This document shows, piece after piece, positions 47,486-56,534 of a stretch of 64,000 nucleotides of DNA; the first letter of the stretch is position 1; every line of letters starts with the position of its first letter. The DNA is taken from the NCBI GenBank assembly GCA_025558095.1, contig JAIVFI010000010.1, forward strand, positions 754,744-818,743. The letters run 5' to 3'. The notes under the pieces were generated by a model, which was given only the letters and a program-made list of their open reading frames with translations, made no database searches and was not told the origin of the DNA. Made by a program: the position numbers and the translations under genes. Source of the DNA: Hyaloraphidium curvatum SAG 235-1. Lineage: Eukaryota > Fungi > Monoblepharomycota.

Positions 47486-48457
47486 TCACTCATTGAAGAT
47501 TTGAACCTTGATGGCCCCCGACTTGCGGTCCCTCGCCGCCTCGAACGCCTTAGCCGCGTCCCTGAGCGGGAACCTGTGCGTCACCACAGCCTCGGTCAAC
47601 TTCGGCCCCAGCTCGCCGATCATCGCCGCTGCCTCGGCGAACGCCCGCGGGGTGTAGGCGGACGAGCTGAGCACCCCTTGGTTCTTCTGGTGGAACTTGA
47701 ACCCGATCTCCACAGGCCTGGAGAGCCCGCCGAGCTCCACAATCAGCCCGCCGGGGCGGGTGGCCTCCACGCAGGCGTCGAAAGCCGGCTGGCTCTTGCC
47801 GACACACTCAAACGACACGTCCGCGGAGCTGGTTTGGGCCTCAGCGACGACGCGGCCGCCCAGCTTCTCGGCGGCCGCGGCCTGGTGCGGGTGGCGGGCG
47901 ACCACCGCCGGCGTGATCCCCTTCGCAGCGAGGACGGCGACGGTCATCAGGCCGATGGTGCCCGCGCCGTAGACCAGGCACTCGGTGTCCTTATCCAGAT
48001 CCTTGACCAGCGAGACGCCGTACACGGCGACGGCCAGCGGCTCCACCAGCGCCACGTGGGCGGGGTCGGTGCCCTCCGGCACTGGCACCAGGCGGTCCCT
48101 GTCGACGAGGCACGCCTCGGCCAGCCCGCCCGGCCTCCGGATTCCGATCAGCGTGCCGAAAGCGTCCTTGCAGGTGTTGCCCAGGTCCTTGTTGCACTCG
48201 CGGCACGCGCCGCACGCGCCCGTGGGCCGGACGGCGTAGAGCTTCCCGTCCGGGGCGAACCCGCCGAACTCGTGGCCGGGCGTGAGGCCCTCGCTCGGCC
48301 ACGGGAGCTTCCCGTCCATGATGGTCAGGTCGGTGCCGCAGATTCCGGCGGCGGTGACGCGCAGGGGGACGGCGCCTTCCTCCTCGGCGAGAGGGCGGTG
48401 CACGGTTTCCAGCAGCGGCTGGCCGGAGCGGAAGACGACGGCGTTCATCGTAGTCAT
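47486..48457 (-). CDS. Zinc-dependent medium-chain alcohol dehydrogenase
   Basis: GICGTD, GHEFGG, CGACREC...C, ALVEPLAVA, GAGTIGL; intronless, bacterial-like. Confidence 0.9.
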   Translation of the reverse strand: MTTMNAVVFRSGQPLLETVHRPLAEEEGAVPLRVTAAGICGTDLTIMDGKLPWPSEGLTPGHEFGGFAPDGKLYAVRPTGACGACRECNKDLGNTCKDAFGTLIGIRRPGGLAEACLVDRDRLVPVPEGTDPAHVALVEPLAVAVYGVSLVKDLDKDTECLVYGAGTIGLMTVAVLAAKGITPAVVARHPHQAAAAEKLGGRVVAEAQTSSADVSFECVGKSQPAFDACVEATRPGGLIVELGGLSRPVEIGFKFHQKNQGVLSSSAYTPRAFAEAAAMIGELGPKLTEAVVTHRFPLRDAAKAFEAARDRKSGAIKVQIFNE

Positions 48458-48651
48458 CTTGGGCGCGCGCAGGAACTGAAGGGAAGCTCGGCTGCTGGTC
48501 AGGACAATAGAAGAGGGTGGCGACGTTGAACGACGGTGCGGGAGACACTTGCCGAGGCCGTACCACTCGCCCGCGCCGCGACTCGATCGGTGAGGCAACT
48601 GTGGCAACTCCAACTCGGCAAAGCGACCCGGGTATATTGATCAGCCATCAA

Positions 48652-50186
48652 TCAGACCCTCCACAGCATCACCGCGTCCCCGGCCGCGGTCGCCAGCACT
48701 GGCTCCGTGTGGTGCCAGCTCAGGGTGCGGGCCATCGACCCCGGCATCGGGATCGGAATCGGCTTGGGTACTGCGATCCGCGATGCGGTTAGGCGAACCT
48801 GCAGGTGAAGACGGATGGCGGTTGCACCCACTCCTGGAGTCCAGATTGAAGAGCCGGACGAGCTCCGAGGTGCCGGGGCGCAGGTCGGTCGGCGAAGGGC
48901 GAAAGGCCGAGATAGCGAGGGCGTTGCCGGCCCGCGAATACCTGGCGACGTCGACCAACCCGGAATTAGCTGGATCCGATTGCCGTCCGACCGCACGCGG
49001 CCCACCTGAGCAGCCCGCCCTCGGGGAACGACTCCCCTCCCCCGACCAGCCCCCTGCCCACTTCCAGCAGCCCCCACTTTCCCTCCGCCGCGACCACCAC
49101 CGTCCCCTCCGGCCCCCATTCCCCGTCCGTGCACCGCGCGCCGGGGAACGGCGCGCAGCTCCACGCCCAGCTGCCCGACCGCCACTCGAGCACCTTGGCG
49201 CCGTCGCCGCACGCGCAGAGGAGGATGTGCCGGTGCTGTGGGTGGAAGGAGAGGGAGAGGGCGGGGGAGGGGAGGCGGTGCCGCGCGAGGAGGTGCGGCG
49301 CGGAGGAGGAGGTGGGGAAGAGGTAGATGGACAGGAGGCCGGCGTCTGGAAGGCGAACTAGATGAGAAGGCGGTCCAGATGCGAGCTCAGGTAACTTCTA
49401 CCTGTGCAGACGGCGACCACGCGGCACGGGCCGGACACTTGCGGGTGCTCAACCCGTTCCGGGGCGTGCGAGATGGCAAGCGCCGTCACGGGGCCTCCCA
49501 GCAGCGACACCGCGTGGCTCGTCTCGTTGTGGTAGAAGATCAGGTCCGACGAGGCGTACCCGACCGCGAAGCTGGCAAGAGAGGGCGAGGCGTTAGATTC
49601 GCCGGCCTCGTGTCCGCAAGGGGTTCGCACATGAGCTCGGCGTCGACCCGCCCCCCCCGTTCGTCCCAGCGCGTTTCCGGGCTGAACCTCAGACACGTCG
49701 CACGTGCCCCGGCCTCGTACGTCTTGGCGAGCGCGTACTTCCACTTGCTGGAATGGGGGACGCGTCACCCCCTGTCGCCGACGCGTGCCGACGAAGGACG
49801 CACCCCTTCGCCGCCGTTGAGCCCGGCTGCTCGGCCCTCGCCTCGGCCTCGAAATCCCGCTTCAGCACCATGATCGAATTCGCTGTGGCCACGGCCAGCA
49901 GCCCCGCCGCCCGGTCCGAAGGGGCAAACTCGGCCAGCACGGGCGGCCCCCCGGCGTTGCGCACCCGCTCCGGCTCGCCCTCCGCCATCTCGTCGTCCTC
50001 CGCGGCGTCGGCGAGGCGGCGGTCGGCGCGTTTGGCGCCGAAGAGGGGAGTCGGGGGGAGGTAAATGCGGGCGAGGAGCGCCGCCGCCCGGCCGGGAGAA
50101 ATCGGCAGCGGGGCATTCAGGTCCGGCGCGGGTGGGGGAGCGGCACTGTCGGCGCGGGGAGCGCGGGCCGAAGTGGTCGCCAGCAT
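48652..50186 (-). CDS. WD40-like beta-propeller protein
   Basis: AEFAP...LLAVAT, FAVGYASSDLIFY, ALSLSFHPQHRHILLCAC, LSWHHTEPVLATAAGDAVMLWRV; several introns. Confidence 0.65.
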
Positions 50187-50404
50187 CGCTGGGGCGGCGG
50201 GAGGCGGGGCTGAATGTAGAGGAAGAAACGGGACCGCCGACGCGTCCCGCAGGTCGGTGCCCCGGGATCCACTCTCGCTTGACCGACGTTGAAGATCATC
50301 ATTCTAATGAATCGATGCCAAGCAAGATGCTACTAGGTCTACCACGAGCAATTCCTCAAGTTCGTCGGCGCCCACCCCAAGATCTATGCTCGCAAGGCCG
50401 CGGA

Positions 50405-52014
50405 TCAAGCGGACCTCGGCTTCCCGTCCGAATCCAGCTCCACGTCGGGCCCCACCGGCGGATCCAGCTTCGCGATCGCCATCCCCTGGAGGATATGCCT
50501 CGCCCCCTGGCCGTGGAAGTAGACCCCGCCGTTGAACGCCGCCGTGACGTCGCGGCCGAGGCTGAGCTTAATCAGGTGGCGGCCGCCGGGGTGGTGGGGA
50601 AGGAAATCCGCGACGTCGTAGATGACGTTGGAGATGCAGAGGAGCTTGCGACCCTCGATGTGCAGGGCCTGGACTGCATGCATGGCAGAGGCTGTGGTGA
50701 GCGGATGCCGCCGTCGCTGCGGCGTTCGAACCCACACTCCTCCCACGTCCACGACGGCAGCTCATCCTTGCGAGTTCCGTAGCTCAGCCGCGCCTTCTGC
50801 CTCGCCAGCTCCTTCTCGATCTGCAGCAGCTCGCCCTTGCGGATCGCGTCGTCCGGCATCGTCCGCAGCCCGTGCGCGAGGCCGAGCGCCGCCGCGCCCC
50901 GGATGAGCCACTTGGTCGGATCGTACTGCCACCACCGTATCGCGTTGCGGTAGTCATGCGGGAACTCGTGATGGAAGTTGTGGTATCCCTCGCCTCCGGT
51001 CACCAGGGCGGTCAGGAGGTGGTTGCGCGGGGTGAGGCGGTCCGTGTAGGTGGCGTCGCCGAGGTAGTGCGCGAGCGAGTTGACACAGAAGGTGGCGTGG
51101 TGCACAACGACAAGACGGGTGATGCCGGCGTAGAAGAATCCGCCCTGCCGATTGCGGCGCATCAGCTTCGCCGCCGCCTGCGACCGCGCTTAGCTCGAGA
51201 CCGACCTTCCAGTCGCCCCACCCCACCCCAGCCACCACCGCGGGCCAGATGAATCCCATGAGCAGCGCCAGCATGCCGTAGTTCCGGTGCTGCCACCGGA
51301 CCATCCCGTCGGCGTCCAGATCCAACACGTCGATGGGGCCGCGGTTGGCGGGGTCCTCCTTGGTCAGCATCCAGCCGATGTGCGACCAGAGGAGGCCCTT
51401 GCGCGCCGAGTAAGGATCCTGCAACGGGAGAAAGGGTGAGCTCTTGCCCGAAAGAAAGCGTGTCGTCCGCGGGTGACACGTGGCCGGCACCAGCGGAAGC
51501 CCACTGCGCTCGCTCGGACGAAACACCGCCATCGCCTTCCTTGCATCCCCCCCCGCACCTTTCCGCGGCCGATGCTCACCCTGTACGTGTCCGTGTACCG
51601 ATGGTGCTGCCTGTGCCCCCGGCCCCACCACCTCACGCTGCCTTGCACGGCGCCGGTGCCCCCCAGCAGCAGCCACCACCGCATGAGCGGGCCCGCATCG
51701 TAGCTCCGGTGCGACCAGTAGCGGTGGTAGCCCGCGGTGATCCCGAAAATGCTCCAGAAGTAGTAGGCTGCGGCCCAGATGGCGGTCGGGGCCACGAGCG
51801 GGACCGTGACGAGGCCGTACAGGGCGAGCAGGGGGGTGACCGTGAGCAGGAGGAAGTGCGTCCAGTTGATGCGGTCGAGAGAAGTCGGGAGCGGCGGGTC
51901 CGCGGTCTGTCGCAGGAACTCGGGCGCGACGAATCGCGGGGCTTCGGGCGCAGGGGGCGCGTGCCGCCGAGGCCGTGGTTCGTCCAGGGGCCGGGAGGCC
52001 GCGGAGTGAGACAT
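50405..52014 (-). CDS. OLE1: Delta-9 fatty acid (acyl-CoA) desaturase with C-terminal cytochrome b5
   Basis: His boxes GITAGYHRYWSHRSY, HRQHHRYTDT, GEGYHNFHHEFP; b5 motif HHPGG; three introns. Confidence 0.95.
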
Positions 52015-52554
52015 CGCCGCAAGAAGTGCAGCCTCGGTTTGGCCGGACACGTCGCGGGCCCTCGCTATTCTATTCGGCACGCGGCTTTATAGCGAGACGC
52101 GTCCCCGGATCCGGCCGCGCTGGCTGGTGGCCGGTCGGCGGAGCTCGGGAGCCCTGATCCGAACCTGCCGCACCCTGATATCCGGCCAGCAGCCTGGGAG
52201 GCTTCGACCATATACGTCTCGATTGCGATTCAGGCAGAGTCCACAATCTCGTATGCTGTCACCCCTTTGGAGCTGCCTCGCCGACCTGCCGGAAAGCCTC
52301 GTCTGGGAATCAGCGTCGGTGCACCGCACTTTGCCACCCATGCTATCTTGCAGAGGGGAAAAGCGAAACAATGCCATTCGTATCGCTGTACATATTGGCC
52401 TCGCGAATGGAGAAGATAGTCCATTGGGCTTCCGTTTCAGGGGCAATCACTCTCCCTGCCCGTGGGCACGCCCCGACCTCGAACGGCGAACACGCATCGC
52501 CTCGATTCCTCTAGTCCCCCATCGACACGTTCCCGACGCGTCTTTCTCATCGCG

Positions 52555-53523
52555 ATGACCGCCCTCCGCGTCGTGTCCCTTCTACCTTCGGCCACGGAGC
52601 TCCTGCTCCTTCTTCCCTCCGCGCGGACCATGCTCGTCGGCCGCAGCCACGAGTGCGACTTCCCGGCCTCGATTTCCCACCTTCCCGTCGTCACCGGTCA
52701 AAAGACGACGTTCACGACGACCGAGGACGTGGACCGGCAGGTCTCGCAGGCGCTGGGGGAGGGCAAGTCGCTGTACACCCTCGATGCCGACGCGCTCCGG
52801 CGCCTCAAGCCCGACGTGATCCTCACCCAATCGCTGTGCGAGGTGTGCGCAATCGATGTAGGCACCGTGCACCGCGTGGCAAAGACGATGGAGCCGCGGC
52901 CCGAGGTCGTGACGCTGAACCCGGCGTCGCTGTGGGACGTGCTGGACGATGTCAAGACGGTGGGGCGGAGCGTGGGGTTGGAGGAGGAGGCGAAGACCGC
53001 AGCGGCAAATCTGAGGGCGAGGATTGACAAGGCGACGGCTTTTGCACAGGACCGGCTCAAGGAGGCGGGCGGGAAGCGGCGCGACGTGCTCTTTGCGGAA
53101 TGGCCGGTGCCCCTCTTCCCCGGCGGCCATTGGACGGCGCAGATGATCGAGATGGCAGGCGGCTCGCACCCAATCAACCCGCCCAAGGGGCCAGGCCTCG
53201 CCGCGGGGCCGTCGCGGCGTACGCCGCCCGAGGAGGCCGCGCGCCACGCGCTCGACGACCTGGTCGTGTGCCCGTGCGGGATCGACATCCCGACGACCAA
53301 GAGGGAGCTCCAGCGGATCAAGAAGGACCCGCAGCACGCTTTCTGGGGCGAGCTCGAGGCGAGGGCGGCGAGGGTGGTGCTGGTGGATGGGAACCAGATG
53401 TTCAACAGGTCGGGGCCGCGGCTGGTGGACGCGCTCGAGTTCCTGGTGGGCTGGCTGTGGGGGAGGAAGGAGATGATCCCGGAGGGGTTCCCTTACGAGG
53501 AGGTCAGGGGCGGCTCGGCCTAG
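52555..53523 (+). CDS. BtuF/TroA-like helical-backbone (cobalamin or iron-siderophore) binding protein, no signal peptide
   Basis: RVVSLLPSATE, LVGRSHECDFP, LKPDVILTQSLCEVCA, GGHW, VDGNQMFNRSGPRLVDALE; intronless. Confidence 0.9.
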   Translation: MTALRVVSLLPSATELLLLLPSARTMLVGRSHECDFPASISHLPVVTGQKTTFTTTEDVDRQVSQALGEGKSLYTLDADALRRLKPDVILTQSLCEVCAIDVGTVHRVAKTMEPRPEVVTLNPASLWDVLDDVKTVGRSVGLEEEAKTAAANLRARIDKATAFAQDRLKEAGGKRRDVLFAEWPVPLFPGGHWTAQMIEMAGGSHPINPPKGPGLAAGPSRRTPPEEAARHALDDLVVCPCGIDIPTTKRELQRIKKDPQHAFWGELEARAARVVLVDGNQMFNRSGPRLVDALEFLVGWLWGRKEMIPEGFPYEEVRGGSA

Positions 53524-53583
53524 AAGGGCGGCGCCCTTCACCTGGCTCTTTTTCGCGCCATTGAAGTCAAGATTTTGCTCAAT

Positions 53584-54303
53584 ATGACGGCGTCCCCAAT
53601 CGCGATGACGCTTCCTCCGACGGCCGCGCGTTCACCGAGGCCGAATGGTTGGCACTCTTCCCGGCCCGGGGCGACGTCTCCGACGACCTCTCCGGCAACC
53701 CGGCGCCGCCCGACCGTGCCGCAGAGCTGCGGAAGGAGCGCCCACTGACCAGCAAATCGATGGCCGCGGAGCTGCGGACCGCGAGCGCGCCGCTCGCCCT
53801 GCAGTTCCGCCTGCACAGGGCGGCCGTACCCGCGGCGCGCTTCCTGTTCGGGGTGATGGCCGCCGCGTTCCTGTGCTGTGCCGCAAACTGGGCCGCGTTC
53901 TGGCTGCTCTATCTGCCGGGGGGATTCGGACGTGCCCAGGCTGTCGTGGCCACCGTCTCGTCCCTTGTTCTGCTCTTCCGCGTGACGATGTGGAACTCGT
54001 TGCTAGCCGCCTACACTTCTACCATCAGCCAGGAGGGCCGCATCGCGAAGCGGAGTGACACTGGCACGGGTGCGACGGCCGCGGCGCCGGGCAACCTCCT
54101 GGATACGCATGCCCTAGCGGGACTCGTCCGTTGGCTGGAGCTCCTCAACGAAGACCGGCCCAAACGCACGGTGTTCCTGGATGGCGAGGAAAGCGCCCCG
54201 GCGCCACATCGCCGCGGCCCCGGAGTGCTCCTTGCGCACGATGGTTCTGACGCCTTCTGCCCATGCCCGTCGGCGGCATGTGCCGGACCCGTGGCACGCC
54301 GAG
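53584..54303 (+). pseudogene. 5' half of a 7-TM family gene, truncated by a subtelomeric element
   Basis: FTEAEWLALFP...DRAAELRKERPLT and FCPCPSAACAG align with LSEAEWLALLP...AERLRAENPLT and LCPCALPSCSG of the 17304 protein; similarity stops at CTAG 54304; no in-frame ATG. Confidence 0.75.
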
Positions 54304-54859
54304 CTAGTACCCTGTTGGGCGTAGAAACGGCGTTTCTACGAGTCGCCACAAGTCACCAGCCGGGTGGCGACTCCCAGAAACGGCGTTTCTAGGCGTCACA
54401 TCCGTCCCCCACAGCTGCGGAACGCAACCCTGCCCACAATTCGGCGTAGAAACGGGTCTCCTGGGCACTACCGACACCGCCAGCTCCGGCGCTATCCACC
54501 AGTAGGCTCCTAGCCCGGGAGAGGGTGTAGTGCGCGGACGCCGGCGAGAAAGGACCCCGGAGGTCGTGGTCCGCCTGGTGGAGGTCCGTCGCTTCCACGT
54601 CCACCGGCCGCTCGACCCCAGCGCTGAATACATGCCGCGTGGCGGACTAGCCAGTGGCCGGAGGAGCCGATTCTAGGTCATTTCCCGGAGGGGTGGGCCT
54701 GCCTCGCCTCGAGGGTGCCCTCGTCCCGGGACCCCCTCGCGGCGCCGCCGCCCGTTCCCCTGCCCTTCCTCTCCCGACCTCGGCGCCCCCGCCATCTCGA
54801 CGCAGTATGCGCCTTTCCAACCGTGCGGCGGCGCGGGGTCGCACGACCATCCGGGCACC
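54304..54859 (-). mobile_element. Subtelomeric repeat copy A with Helitron-like 3' end (may extend toward 55600)
   Basis: On the minus strand it ends CGTAGAAAC-GCC-GTTTCTACG hairpin, 12 nt, CTAG; colinear with 55609-56164; no transposase ORF. Confidence 0.6.
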
Positions 54860-55200
54860 GGCGCCGACCCCGTGAAGCGGACCGACATGGCCACGCCCGT
54901 GGCACTCTCCCTCGCTGTCCTGCCGCGCCCTGGCGCGCCCCCCGTGCTTTTTGGATACCAGCGCGTGGGCTCCGGCGGTGGCAGGCGCCCTGACCGGATT
55001 GTGCGCATGGGACTTCTCCCCGGACCGGCTCCTCGGCCGCGGCAGGGCTCCACCAGATGTACCCACAGCGGATCGGCGTGACAGCCCATGGCTCCGCTGA
55101 TCCGGCGCATTGTGCCATGGACGTGGGAGGAGCCGCAGCGGGGTTGGTGTGTGTCAAGCAGACTGGCCACCCAGGAGGTTGGGCTGGAAGCCCTGTGGGA

Positions 55201-55320
55201 AATTGAACAGGTATAAAACAGGTGGTCAACAGGTTTTCAATTAGACAACAGGTATTTGGTAACCTGTTAACAGGTGTTGCACAGTTCTTTTTACCAAGTG
55301 TTCCCAACTATCCAACAGGT
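55201..55320. repeat. AT-rich array of AACAGGT motifs
   Basis: Direct copies at 55206, 55217, 55228, 55247, 55269, 55314 and one inverted copy at 55262. Confidence 0.85.
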
Positions 55321-55608
55321 ATCGTCCGAATTTTGGCCCTGACACAGGGCAAAAGCATGTGGGATCCTATGGCGGGTGCGCCCAGGATTATGCATAATCC
55401 CTAGTCCTCAACTAACCTAACCGGTAGTGGTCCACCTAGGTGGCGGCAGGCACTTCTCGGCAACGTTAAGCACTAGGGAGTGAGAGAACCCCCCAACTGC
55501 TTCGGTTGAGTAGACATCCCCAGCGTCCAGCTTGCAGACCCCGTCCGAAATGCCACAGCCACCCACCCCCATGAGGGGACACACCCCCGTGTCATGGGTT
55601 CAACGCTA

Positions 55609-56164
55609 CTAGTACCCTGTTGGGTGCAGAATCGGCGATTCTGGGCGGCACCGCCCGGCACCACACGGCTGGTGCCGCCCAGAATCGGCGATCCAGGGCG
55701 GCACCTCCGCCAAACGGAACTCCGGATCGCAGCCCTGCCCGCAATTCGGCTCGGATTTGCCGACTCCGGGCACGGCCAGCACCGCCAGCTCCGGTGCTAT
55801 CCACCAGTAGGCTGCTAGCCCGGGAGAGGGTGTAGTGCGTGGACGCCGGCGAGAAAGGAGCCCGGGGGTCGTGGTCTGCCTGGTGGAGGTCCGTCGCTTC
55901 CACGTCCGCCGGCCGCTCGACCCCAGCGCTGAATATACGCCGCATGGCGGACTAGCCGGTGGCCGGAGGAGCCGATTCGAGGTCATTTCCCGGAGGGGTG
56001 GGCCGGCCTCGCTTGGAGGGTGCCCTCGTCCCGGGACCCCCTCGCGGCGCTGCCGCCCGCTCCCCTTCCCCGCCTCTACCGGCCTCGGCGTTCCCGTCAG
56101 CTCGACGCAGTATGCGCCTTTCCGATCGTGCGGCGGCGCGGGGTCCCAGGACCATCTGGGCACC
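55609..56164 (-). mobile_element. Subtelomeric repeat copy B with Helitron-like 3' end, cut off by the telomere
   Basis: Minus-strand end CAGAATC-GCC-GATTCTG hairpin ... CCCAACAGGGTA CTAG followed by T; joins TTAGGG/TTAGG directly after GGGCACC. Confidence 0.6.
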
Positions 56165-56320
56165 TTAGGGTTAGGTTAGGTTAGGTTAGGTTAGGTTAGG
56201 TTAGGTTAGGTTAGGTTAGGTTAGGTTAGGTTAGGTTAGGTTAGGTTAGGTTAGGTAGGTTAGGTTAGGTTAGGGTTAGGTTAGGTTAGGTAGGTTAGGT
56301 TAGGTTAGGTTAGGTAGGTG
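56165..56320 (+). repeat. Telomeric tract (TTAGG)n; innermost unit is TTAGGG
   Basis: About 155 nt of near-perfect TTAGG, G-rich strand oriented away from the genes. Confidence 0.92.
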
Positions 56321-56356
56321 AGCGCGTTCGCCGCCTCCCGTGGGGTGAGAGAGAGC

Positions 56357-56534
56357 GAACCGAACCGAACCGAACCGAACCTAAGACCTAACCTAACAGA
56401 CCTAACAGAACCTCACCTAAACCGAACCGAACCTGAAACCGAACCGAACCGACACCGACCTAACCTAACCTACCGCACCTAAACCTAACCTAACCTAACC
56501 TAACCGAAACCTACCAACCCTAACCTAACCCTAA
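56357..56534 (-). repeat. Noisy complementary telomeric tract (CCTAA/CCGAA)n
   Basis: Mirror of the TTAGG tract with many CCGAA and other variants, ending in CCCTAA at the arm junction. Confidence 0.8.

Noticed and set aside
54304-55170. Protein-coding ORFs within the subtelomeric element
   Set aside because: The longest frame has a TAG shared by both copies and shows no Rep, helicase, RT or transposase motifs
55201-55320. CRISPR array
   Set aside because: Repeat is only 7 nt with very short irregular spacers, no cas genes, eukaryotic context
56320-56356. Linker as a sequencing adapter or functional loop
   Set aside because: Matches no adapter I recognise and sits in the noisiest part of the sequence; cannot be interpreted without reads
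56357-56460. CCGAA as a second telomeric repeat variant
   Set aside because: No matching TTCGG in the clean G-strand tract; consistent with basecalling error
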